From Limisphaerales bacterium (GTDB lineage: Bacteria; Verrucomicrobiota; Verrucomicrobiia; Limisphaerales; JAJOIW01), in assembly GCA_965657355.1 (NCBI GenBank), contig CBFHOE010000004.1:47537-111536 (forward strand): 64,000 nt of DNA, read 5' to 3'. Numbering within the stretch: position 1 is the stretch's first letter; each line of letters begins with the position of its first letter. Made by a program: the position numbers and the translations under genes. Shown here piece after piece: positions 49,765 through 58,604 of the stretch. The notes below the pieces were generated by a model. It saw only the letters and a program-made list of their open reading frames with translations, was not told the origin of the DNA and ran no database searches.

Positions 49765-50055
49765 AGCGGTTTTCTAAATTTGAGAATTGTTCTCATAGTC
49801 TTCAATAAACTTCATACCATGATTGGGTTCTGACCTAAATATGGGTTACCACCAGTGCAGGCTTGTCATACATTTCATCTTTCTGAGAACCAAGCCATTA
49901 GATGTTTTTGTAGTTTTCTGATGCCTTTAGCTACACAACGGTGATCATGTTTTTTAAATGATCTATAATTTAGGCATCTACAGCCATACCCTATGATGAA
50001 AACTACAGCTTATGAGAACATCTGTTAATCGAGCGACGATCTTAAACTAACCGCT
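49765..50055. other. Non-coding region with several nested inverted repeats (candidate structured RNA or decayed repeat element)
   Basis: Perfect pairings: 49909-49918/49998-50007 (10 bp), 49920-49926/49972-49978 (7), 49943-49948/49958-49963 (6), 49900-49906/50017-50023 (7), 49788-49797/50011-50020 (10), 49765-49771/50049-50055 (7). Confidence 0.4.
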
Positions 50056-50441
50056 CTATTTGGATTGCAGAGGAAACACAAAATTTTATGTATTCCTTCA
50101 ATAACTCTCATACAAATGGTTCAGCCACTAAAGGTTTTAAAAAGCTGTACGGAAATTCATTTCTGTCGAAGTGTTGGATGACCCAGGTGAGTTAAGATTT
50201 CAAAGATGGGCACCTTGGAGCTACTGGGTATTGCATGGGGATGCTCCCGTGGTAATTTTGGTCGAGTTCCTTTCGTTACAGAGAAAAGTCGTTAGGAAAA
50301 ATTGTATGCTCTTATGGCCATTTCAGTCAAATCTATGGCGAAAGATTAACAGACAGGCCTGATTGAGTTTTCCAAATACAAACGACTGACGCGCAGGAAA
50401 AATCTACGTTTTGTGTTTAATGAAATTCAAATTAAAAAGCA

Positions 50442-51332
50442 TCAAGGTTTGATTATCTGATGGATCCAAGAACGGATTTTTTTTCGTTCAGGAATATCTC
50501 TAAGGACCCATGTGTCGGTATGGTTTCTAAATGGAATGACACAGAATGTGAAATTTCCATCCGGAAGCTCTTTTTCTAGCCACTCCTTTGTTTTACTTAT
50601 ATCTAATTCATGTGAAATAAATTGAGGTCTTCCTTTTAGTCTTTGCATTCTTATTCTTGCGTTTGCTTTATCCGCCAAGGGATAACCCCAATCATTTACT
50701 CCATCGTAATGACTGTGGCATATAAAGGCCTTCCAATAAGAAGCAATTTTATCATTATGAAGTCCTATATAGTTGCACCCAATGGCCCCTCTCGAAAAAC
50801 CTGAAAGAATGAGCTTGTCTTTATCCCCATTAAATTTATTGCAGATCACTTCAATAGTTTCTTCACAATACTGAATTGTAGTCTCAACATCCCCCCACCA
50901 TTTGATTTGATTACAATGAGGGGCTGCGGAGACAAAGGGTAGGCAAACCCAAATAAAGTCAACTCCACTTGTAATACCATAACCTAAGTTGCAGTCCTCC
51001 ACCTTTCCCGTACAAATGTCTTCGTATTTGCTGCGGTATGGACCGTTTCCGGGATATTCGAATATTATAGGATACTTTTTTTTTCTTTTTGGGTTCCAAT
51101 TCTTGGGTAAATAGAGGGAATGATAAACATCGTCTGCCCCGAACTTTTTTATTGTCTGCTTAACTCTTTTCCCGGCCCCTGGTTTTTCTGCAACCATTTG
51201 AGGAACATTGATGACTTTATCTATGTCATTAATATTCTGACTCTTTACAATTATCGGGAAACACACCGTTAACACGAGAAGAGTAATTAAATTTCTCTTA
51301 TTGTTTCCATTTTTCCTTATCCTATACCTCAC
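50442..51332 (-). CDS. Exported alpha/beta-hydrolase-like protein
   Basis: LYLPKNW...YPIIFEYPG, nucleophile elbow SGFSRGA (GxSxG), late His (RNHTD); signal peptide ending VKS-Q. Confidence 0.75.
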   Translation of the reverse strand: MRYRIRKNGNNKRNLITLLVLTVCFPIIVKSQNINDIDKVINVPQMVAEKPGAGKRVKQTIKKFGADDVYHSLYLPKNWNPKRKKKYPIIFEYPGNGPYRSKYEDICTGKVEDCNLGYGITSGVDFIWVCLPFVSAAPHCNQIKWWGDVETTIQYCEETIEVICNKFNGDKDKLILSGFSRGAIGCNYIGLHNDKIASYWKAFICHSHYDGVNDWGYPLADKANARIRMQRLKGRPQFISHELDISKTKEWLEKELPDGNFTFCVIPFRNHTDTWVLRDIPERKKIRSWIHQIIKP

Positions 51333-54097
51333 GGTTGATCCTTATCTTGAATTTTAAATGTTTGGATTTGGATCGTTACTGGCGAATTTATTTCAATCAC
51401 AGATAAGGATTTTGAGATTTTTTTTATGGTAGGATTTTGACTGCTTTTATGGGCTGTCCAAAATGTAGTTTGGTGAGATTTATTTTCAATATTCGAATTG
51501 TGAATGAGACATAAATTATTCATGCCTAATTGGGGTGTACATTTTAAACTGATCCCATTATTGGTTATACTACCTCGAACTTCTTCAAGTGATGCCCCTG
51601 TTAAGACGGATAAATCCAAATCCGGGAATACGCTAATGTTATAAAGTTTTGGTAAATTATATAAGTAGGGGATATTGATTTGTAGCGTGCCAGGGTTGAT
51701 AGCTGGGCCGTCTCTGAATTGGTGGTCCAAATTAAAATAATCGGGGAGTAGGCCCCCTTTGTTTTTATCTGTAACAGGCCATGTGTGCTGAATTCCCGCT
51801 GTGGTAATTCCATCGGCAAGTGTTTTCCATTTCATTGTGCGGTCAAATTCATTGAGAAGATAGAGTTGGTGCGCGTAAACAAGGCCGCACCACTGAACCG
51901 GTAGACCAATCCAATTTGGGGCAATGTAATGGGTGGCCCCAAAAACGGGAATCGTAGAATAATTCCCAATCAAATTGGGATCACGGTTTAGGTAGGTGAA
52001 CGGTAGTCCAGACCAGGCCCAGTTTTTAGATATTTCCAAGTAATTTTTATCTCCCGTAGCTACATAGGCGGTATTGTTAGCGCGCATCAAATACGCTGAT
52101 GCGAGAATGTCTGGCGTGTGGAATGGGACTTCCCATGGCTGAGCCCCTCTCGGGACTCGTATACCTTCTCGATTAAGTTGTTCCAATTTTTCTAGACCGA
52201 CTTTTAGAGCATCACTATCCCCTGTGAGTATTGATAGTTCTATTACATCGGCTATGTGGTTTGCAGAATGTCCATTGGTTGAATCCAAGTCATGAGTTTC
52301 ACCCAATCCCATTTGATTTTCTTTCTTTTTGCTTACTGGTAGTTGGATCCTGTAATTATCTTTAAATGCTCCCAGTTTGGTTTTTAAGGCGGTCTTTGCC
52401 GGTGCGTGAATTTTATCGTATTCCCCAAGAACAAGAGCTGGCCAAATTCCCCTGATATGTCCGAGGGTGGAGTCATACGAATTTGAAATGCCGGCTTGAG
52501 AAATCGTTTTCTCGGATAACTTTATAAGTTCTTCTCTAATTGCTGGCTTCTTCGATGGAAACTCACCATTTAGTGCCAGCCATAGTTGGAAACAAGCCGT
52601 ATCTAGTCTCCATGCTGGTTTAAAAGCATCAAGCCAGAGTGCGTGCCGAAATCCATTATCAGTCCTTCCCTGAGATCTTAACCATCCGTAAGCGGCGTTT
52701 TCAACATAGTCTTTAAAAGTTGGCCGCTTCTGGAGCTTTGGCAGGCCTTGGACTTCTGAATACCTTTCGATAGCCGGAATGATGGAAGCTGCTTCTTCTA
52801 CGAATACTTTAATATCGATGCTCTTTTTTGTGTTAGCAGGAATTAAAATGGGCTTGTAAGGAAGAATGTTTTTTGGTGGGCGTGTAAACTCTTGGTTTCT
52901 CGGCATTATCATTCCCATGACATGTCCTCCAGTATTAAATATTCTATCGGGACTATCAAATAATGGGCCTAGATTTGAATTTTTGGCTTGTTTATCGTCC
53001 CAGACAAGTGATGTATAAATCCCATCGCGAGCAATAGACATCATTGGCCATGTCATTTGGTTCTCTTTTGGTAGCTTGCGCCAGGATTGGGGCCCAATAA
53101 GGTCTTTTTCAGAGCTTGATGATTCTAATGAGAGATACTCAACCCCCGGAACCGTTGCCTGGCTCAAATAAGGATCCAAGTATGAAGGGTCTTTAGGTAA
53201 AAATATTTTGAAAGCCGGAAAATAGAGTAATTTTTTATCCATACCAATCTGTATTGATGTAGATACTTTAAAGCCGGGCGCATTTTCTATCGGACTGACA
53301 ACTCTCAGGATTCGCCAGGTATCGCGATCTGGATCTATAAATTCTATATAAGATTCAATTTTATTTTGGTTGAGAACTATTCTGTTTCTCTTTTTTAGCA
53401 GTCGGCTTGGTTCAAAAGCAGTTGGTTCACCGTTTTTTCTTTGAATGATGATTCTGAAACCAGGGTGTGTCATGGCCATAATTTTGGACCGAAATTTTAT
53501 CCTGCAGTTATTCCATGATGTTTTGGATTGTATGAAAGAAAGATCTCCATTTTTAAGTTCTATGCTATCTTGTTGAATTGGGGGCGGAGGACGGAGAGTG
53601 AAATCGGGATCTTCAAGCAATGATCTTTCACTGAAGGTCAATTTCTTTAGAGTTGTTTTGCCTACACCCGGTGGTGGATCAAACCTAAATCTTGTTTTCT
53701 TCCATAATTTCGGGAGCGGGACTTTCAAAGTTGACCAATCTTTGTCATAGCAAGGAAAACGGATAGAGTTTTCTTCAGTGGCCCTGTCCTGATAGTAAAA
53801 CAATTGTGCCGAGCCCGGGTTATCACATTTTAATGTGATCTCGAGGAAAAGAGGTTTATCTGAGGGAATTTCGTATTCAGGGCTAATGGAATAGGGATCT
53901 GGACCAATGGAATAAAATTCGATTCCAGACGGTGTCAAATCGACCTTTTTTAGGTTATTCGACAAGTGCCAGAGTATTGGTTGATGCCCCTTTTTTGAAA
54001 AATCTATGGTCAACACCTCGGAACCAGGAAGAGAAACCATGTTAAGCATGATTCCCCCCAACAAAAGGATGGACAAAATAACCTTTGGGCAGCGCAT
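51329..54097 (-). CDS. Large exported hypothetical protein, possibly carbohydrate-active (CBM-like N-terminus, helical C-terminus)
   Basis: Signal peptide from ATG 54097; RFRFDP beta-sandwich-like N-terminus; PRGAQPWEVPFHTPDILAS, AYVATGDKNYLE and WIGLPVQWCGL in the C-half. Confidence 0.6.
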   Translation of the reverse strand: MRCPKVILSILLLGGIMLNMVSLPGSEVLTIDFSKKGHQPILWHLSNNLKKVDLTPSGIEFYSIGPDPYSISPEYEIPSDKPLFLEITLKCDNPGSAQLFYYQDRATEENSIRFPCYDKDWSTLKVPLPKLWKKTRFRFDPPPGVGKTTLKKLTFSERSLLEDPDFTLRPPPPIQQDSIELKNGDLSFIQSKTSWNNCRIKFRSKIMAMTHPGFRIIIQRKNGEPTAFEPSRLLKKRNRIVLNQNKIESYIEFIDPDRDTWRILRVVSPIENAPGFKVSTSIQIGMDKKLLYFPAFKIFLPKDPSYLDPYLSQATVPGVEYLSLESSSSEKDLIGPQSWRKLPKENQMTWPMMSIARDGIYTSLVWDDKQAKNSNLGPLFDSPDRIFNTGGHVMGMIMPRNQEFTRPPKNILPYKPILIPANTKKSIDIKVFVEEAASIIPAIERYSEVQGLPKLQKRPTFKDYVENAAYGWLRSQGRTDNGFRHALWLDAFKPAWRLDTACFQLWLALNGEFPSKKPAIREELIKLSEKTISQAGISNSYDSTLGHIRGIWPALVLGEYDKIHAPAKTALKTKLGAFKDNYRIQLPVSKKKENQMGLGETHDLDSTNGHSANHIADVIELSILTGDSDALKVGLEKLEQLNREGIRVPRGAQPWEVPFHTPDILASAYLMRANNTAYVATGDKNYLEISKNWAWSGLPFTYLNRDPNLIGNYSTIPVFGATHYIAPNWIGLPVQWCGLVYAHQLYLLNEFDRTMKWKTLADGITTAGIQHTWPVTDKNKGGLLPDYFNLDHQFRDGPAINPGTLQINIPYLYNLPKLYNISVFPDLDLSVLTGASLEEVRGSITNNGISLKCTPQLGMNNLCLIHNSNIENKSHQTTFWTAHKSSQNPTIKKISKSLSVIEINSPVTIQIQTFKIQDKDQP

Positions 54098-54136
54098 GCC
54101 TATTGTTTTAGTAAAAATTTCGCTCGATTTGAAAAT

Positions 54137-54179
54137 AAAAAACGCCAAACCGGAGCCAGGGAATTTACCGGTTTGGCGT
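54137..54179 (-). terminator. Strong intrinsic terminator
   Basis: Perfect 12-bp stem ACGCCAAACCGG/CCGGTTTGGCGT (54142-54153 / 54168-54179), 14-nt loop, T-tract on the minus strand. Confidence 0.85.
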
Positions 54180-54269
54180 GCCCGTTAGGGCATCAGTATT
54201 TGTAAGGTTCGTAAAGGGATACCTGATAATCACAAATGTCTTTCAGAGAATTTACAAATTTTTAAATGT

Positions 54270-55505
54270 TTATTTAACCAGAGGCTTGATAAAAAAATTG
54301 GCAAATTCGACTCCCTTCAGAGATGGCGGAATAAATCCAAAGCATGGGCTATTTGGGTTTTCCGAAACGCCCTCGGTATGCGGGGATTTGAAGGTTTTTT
54401 TAAAATTGAGATTGTTGGTTATTGTTATTTCATTATTCTCCACTTTAAGGAAGATTCTTATCCATTTATCCATTGGAATATCATTTGTGGATAAGTTGAC
54501 CAGCCCGCGCCCTTTTCCAATAGATAAGATTGGTTCCGCATTGTTGTTTATACAAATAGAGACAATCTTTTGAGAATCAAGATTTGAATTTTTGGGTATT
54601 TTTATATCAAAAAAGGCCTCGAAATTATCAGTCACTCGAGCATCAGACCAAAGAATTGGCAATTTATCGTTCTCATTTTTTAATCCTGTCGAGACTATTG
54701 TCCAGTCTCGGGAAACTAGGAATTTTGATGCTGCCTTCGGCCAGCCTGAGAAATTTTTGCCGTTATAGAGATTAAAAAAATCTCCCGCTAATGGGGCAGC
54801 TTGCGACGAGGAAGTATCCGGGTTGGACTTTAGTTTTTTGATCTTGATATTTCGAAACTCGACCGGGGACCCCTCAGACTCAAGAGCAATGAACCCTTTT
54901 CTCCAGTTGCACTCTTCTCCTCCTGAAACTTCATGACCATTAACAGACAGTTTTAAGATCCCATCATTGCAGTGGATACGGTAATGGTTCCATTCTGGTG
55001 TTCCTTTTGAATGTTCCTCTGAAGGAAAACTTCTCGACCCACTAGACGGAGGAAAAGGTTTCATACTTGATCCATGAATAGGAAAAACATCACCATGAGT
55101 CGTAAACCAATTGGACTTGCCATATGCGTGGTCCAATACCTGCACCTCGATTGCTCTTAAGAATGGCTGACCTATTGCTGGTTCTGCCCCTGACCAAATA
55201 AAAACACCAGCATTACCTCCCGGTTTTAAATGCCTCCACTCTAGCTCAAGGATAAAGTTTTCGTACTGTTCAACTGTTCTAAGAGCACATATCGGCTTTC
55301 CAGTGCAGTGTATAGAGCGGTTTTTGACACTCCAAGTATCTTGGGCTCCATTGATATTTACCCAACCATTAAGATTAGTTCCATTAAATAGGGGGGTCCA
55401 TGCCGGGTTTTCAGCTTTTAAGGCCAAGGAGCTCGTCATGAGAGCTGATACAGTAAATGCGATAATTTTATTTGCTGGTTTATTCATACCACTCAATGAA
55501 ATCAA
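54270..55505 (-). CDS. DUF1080 (3-keto-disaccharide hydrolase-like) protein, one full and one degenerate domain
   Basis: WTPLFNGTNLNGW, YENFILELEW, GNAGVF, IEVQVLD, EWNHY, GFIALESEG..VEFRNIKIK; a second LYNGKNFSGW repeat follows. Confidence 0.9.
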   Translation of the reverse strand: MISLSGMNKPANKIIAFTVSALMTSSLALKAENPAWTPLFNGTNLNGWVNINGAQDTWSVKNRSIHCTGKPICALRTVEQYENFILELEWRHLKPGGNAGVFIWSGAEPAIGQPFLRAIEVQVLDHAYGKSNWFTTHGDVFPIHGSSMKPFPPSSGSRSFPSEEHSKGTPEWNHYRIHCNDGILKLSVNGHEVSGGEECNWRKGFIALESEGSPVEFRNIKIKKLKSNPDTSSSQAAPLAGDFFNLYNGKNFSGWPKAASKFLVSRDWTIVSTGLKNENDKLPILWSDARVTDNFEAFFDIKIPKNSNLDSQKIVSICINNNAEPILSIGKGRGLVNLSTNDIPMDKWIRIFLKVENNEITITNNLNFKKTFKSPHTEGVSENPNSPCFGFIPPSLKGVEFANFFIKPLVK

Positions 55506-55516
55506 AATTAAAATAA

Positions 55517-56968
55517 CTACTCTTGCTTATCAGTTTTAGATTCTATCTCTAATTCCATTTCTTCAGATTTCAGATTTTTTTCACTACCAGCAAAACCTTT
55601 AGCCTTATCATAAAACTGGTAGGAACCAACTATAGCCATGAGGATGGCTGAAATCCATAAAGTGGAAACCCATGGTAAACCTGGTTTAAGTCGCTTAGGC
55701 GTCACTGCATAATGAAAATACAACGCCGCACCCGCAAGAAATGGTAACATCAGTGCCTGTGCTATAGCACCAGCAAAAACCAACCCAATTGGCTTATTGG
55801 GAAATATTAAGGAGACGATTAGGTAGAAAAATGGAAGTATCAGGCATGTCCACCACACAACTTTTTTTCTGGCATCTTCGTTGTTAGGGTCAATAAACCT
55901 AAAGATCCTGAAAATGTCAGCGAATAGTCGGGCGTTTGTGGCTGTCGATATAAAGACTGTGGAGTAAAGAACTATGAAAGCTCCGATGATAAAGATCCAT
56001 AATCCAGAAGACCCAAACGACTCTTCATACATTTTTGAGAGCATCGGAGCCAGCGTTTTATCTGTTACCTCGCTCCCGCTTCCATGAAGAACAGCTGCTC
56101 CTAGGAGGTAAAAAGCTATTGTTGCTCCCGTGTAAATGATGAGAGAAACCCAGGCATCAATTTTCAAAACTTTTATCCAACCTTCTGCGCGCTGGTTCCA
56201 AGATTCTTCATTCTCATCTGGCTGCTTTTTTCCAACATTGGATGCATAGCCTTTTTCCAAGCACCAGTATGGGTAATAAATGAGTTCCGAGGCCCCGACT
56301 CCGATAACTCCAAACGCGGCAAATGCCGTCACAATTTTGTCGGGAACTTTAAAGCTCAGTCCCTCTGCTATATTTGCTGCGGTTATAGCATAGTCTGTCC
56401 AAAAAAGAGAAATCACAGCAGCAATTGTAAAAACTGTGAATAAGGCAACCATTGAGGTGGAAAAGGTCTCGATAAATTTGTAACGGCCTATTGTCAATAG
56501 AACTGAGCAAGAAATGGTTATGACAAGTGCCCAGATAGTATTGCCAGTGACCTTATCCCCAACCCCAATCATATCCGCAATATTTTTGCCGCTAAGATTG
56601 AACACGTCTGCAATTGAGCCAACAATACCTGATAATTGAAAAAAGGTTGCGATAAACATCAGTAGCCAAGCCCATACCAGCCACCGCACGCCTAGTATTT
56701 TGGGCCCCGGAATTGAATTCATGGCGTCGACAGTGGACTTCCCTTGCGTGATCGCGTATCGACCTAGTTCTACTTGGACAAATACTTTGATAAAGCAGCC
56801 CAGTATTATGAACCAAAGCAGAGTAAACCCTTGCTCCGCTCCGAGCTTGGTTGTGACGATCAATTCGCCTGATCCAACGATTCCAGCGGATATGATGAGC
56901 CCGGGTCCTAATGATTTTAATATCTCACGAAAACTTGTTGGCGGTTGTTTTGTATTTGGAATTGGCAT
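55517..56968 (-). CDS. NRAMP-related (APC superfamily) transporter
   Basis: LGPGLIISAGIVGSGELIVTTKLGA, about 11 TM segments; lacks the DPGN motif of MntH. Confidence 0.85.
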   Translation of the reverse strand: MPIPNTKQPPTSFREILKSLGPGLIISAGIVGSGELIVTTKLGAEQGFTLLWFIILGCFIKVFVQVELGRYAITQGKSTVDAMNSIPGPKILGVRWLVWAWLLMFIATFFQLSGIVGSIADVFNLSGKNIADMIGVGDKVTGNTIWALVITISCSVLLTIGRYKFIETFSTSMVALFTVFTIAAVISLFWTDYAITAANIAEGLSFKVPDKIVTAFAAFGVIGVGASELIYYPYWCLEKGYASNVGKKQPDENEESWNQRAEGWIKVLKIDAWVSLIIYTGATIAFYLLGAAVLHGSGSEVTDKTLAPMLSKMYEESFGSSGLWIFIIGAFIVLYSTVFISTATNARLFADIFRIFRFIDPNNEDARKKVVWWTCLILPFFYLIVSLIFPNKPIGLVFAGAIAQALMLPFLAGAALYFHYAVTPKRLKPGLPWVSTLWISAILMAIVGSYQFYDKAKGFAGSEKNLKSEEMELEIESKTDKQE

Positions 56969-56994
56969 TTTTAGAAATTTTTAATCAATGAAAA

Positions 56995-57780
56995 TTAGTC
57001 CAACGGGAGGATCCAAATATTTCTGTATGCTACAGGACCATGATCGCCTTGTAGCATAATGGGCCCGGTCGCTTTCTCATTCTCAAATGATGCTGATCTC
57101 GTTGGTCCTGAACACCTCACATTTTTGTGGATGACGACACCATTATGTATGACCCTCTCGAATACGGCATCCGAGATCTTGTTGCCATTTTTATCAAATT
57201 TAGGGCCCCTGAAAATAGCATCAAATGTTTGCCATCGACCAGGAGGGCGGCTTGCGTTTGCTGTGGGAGAAGCCCCTTCAAAACCTTTTCCGTTTTCCCA
57301 TCTCTCATAGATTCCGCCACAATCGCCAAAGTTCACTTTTTTCTTGCCGTGGCTGTCCAGGATTTGAATTTCATATCGCCCTTGAAGGTAAACTCCAGAG
57401 TTTGACCCTTTTGGAACCATGAATTCGATATGAACCGCCACATCCCCGTGCTCGATTTTAGTATGAAGATTTTTTGTTTTTCCTTGGACCCCATTTACCA
57501 AAATGATTTCCTTTGAATCTCTCTCTTCATGCTTATGGGGATTGAACTGAAATTTAGAAATATCCTTTTTGCTCAGTTTTACCTCAGAAGTTGTTGTCCA
57601 TTCTCCCAGGTTACTTTCCCAATCTGATAATTTATTCAATTGTAAAAAACTGATGGGGGTTTCCTCACTTTTCAGCATAGAGCCGGAAAAGCAGTAGACT
57701 GCAAGACATGACAACCACCAGGTGCGTATCAGATTTTTCATGAAGAATCTCAGGCTAGAATGTTTTCTCATTTTGGGCAA
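56995..57780 (-). CDS. DUF1080 family protein
   Basis: HGDVAVHIEF, SNSGVYLQGRYEIQILDS, GRWQTFD, GPIMLQGDHGPVAYRNIW. Start uncertain. Confidence 0.92.
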   Translation of the reverse strand: MPKMRKHSSLRFFMKNLIRTWWLSCLAVYCFSGSMLKSEETPISFLQLNKLSDWESNLGEWTTTSEVKLSKKDISKFQFNPHKHEERDSKEIILVNGVQGKTKNLHTKIEHGDVAVHIEFMVPKGSNSGVYLQGRYEIQILDSHGKKKVNFGDCGGIYERWENGKGFEGASPTANASRPPGRWQTFDAIFRGPKFDKNGNKISDAVFERVIHNGVVIHKNVRCSGPTRSASFENEKATGPIMLQGDHGPVAYRNIWILPLD

Positions 57781-57857
57781 TTTCCAAATTTATATCAGAA
57801 TTGTCTGGTGGAGATACCCTTAACAACCCCAAAATATAGATTGGGATTCCTCTAGAT

Positions 57858-58604
57858 ATGAGTGATTTTCTGAGAGTAAAAGAGATATATAAGTCGATTC
57901 AGGGTGAAAGCACATGGGCCGGGTTACCATGTGTTTTCGTAAGGCTATCGGGGTGTCATTTACGCTGCTCCTATTGTGATTCGGTCTATGCCTTCACCGG
58001 CGGGGATAAAATGACGGTCGACCAGGTCGTGAGAAATGTTGAAAGTTTCACTATTGCCAACCCTAGCTTCTCTCAAATCAATGGTTATAAAGCCAAATTG
58101 CCTCTTGTCGAAATAACCGGCGGTGAGCCACTCATTCAAGCTCAGAGTTTGAAACTCATGGATTCTTTGGTCGAAAAAGAATATACAGTTTTATTGGAAA
58201 CCTCAGGTGCTTTACCAATAAATGAAATAAATCAACAAGTTCACATCATAATGGACATAAAATGTCCATCTAGCGGGGAATCAGAAAAAAACCTACTCCA
58301 AAATTTGGAATGCATCGGCAGTAAGGATGAAATTAAATTTGTTTGCGGGACGCTGGAAGATCTTGATTTTGTTGAAAGAATGATAAGGGACTATCAGCTG
58401 GATAAGAGGACTGGTATTTTGGTTTCCTGGGTTTCTCCATTGACGTCTACGCAAAAATTTTCTGGATTAAAGTCATTGCCGGAAGGTGTAACCCCGATTT
58501 CTAGGCTTGAATTGGTAGAGACTATCATGTCTCGAAACCTTCCTGTGAGGTTTCAGCTGCAAATGCATAAATTTATATGGCCAGCGGATAAAGCCGGTGT
58601 TTGA
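57858..58604 (+). CDS. queE: 7-carboxy-7-deazaguanine synthase (radical SAM)
   Basis: SIQGES, FVRLSGCHLRCSYCD (CxxxCxxC), ITGGEPL, ETSG, DIKCPSSG, QLQMHKFIW. Confidence 0.92.
   Translation: MSDFLRVKEIYKSIQGESTWAGLPCVFVRLSGCHLRCSYCDSVYAFTGGDKMTVDQVVRNVESFTIANPSFSQINGYKAKLPLVEITGGEPLIQAQSLKLMDSLVEKEYTVLLETSGALPINEINQQVHIIMDIKCPSSGESEKNLLQNLECIGSKDEIKFVCGTLEDLDFVERMIRDYQLDKRTGILVSWVSPLTSTQKFSGLKSLPEGVTPISRLELVETIMSRNLPVRFQLQMHKFIWPADKAGV

Noticed and set aside
50065..50300. Fragments resembling RNase P (GAGGAAAC, GAGAAAAGTC) or a tmRNA 5' end (GGGGATG)
   Set aside because: The RNase P GAGGAAAGTCC and 3' consensus and the tmRNA TTCGA/T-arm/CCA end are not present.
50171..50362. 63-aa GTG-start ORF in the large intergenic gap
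   Set aside because: No motif, no clear ribosome-binding site, atypical composition; cannot be supported.
54200..54235. preQ1-I riboswitch-like AGGTTCG...CCT on the plus strand
   Set aside because: Lacks the A-rich 3' tail, has no downstream plus-strand gene, and is 3.6 kb from queE.
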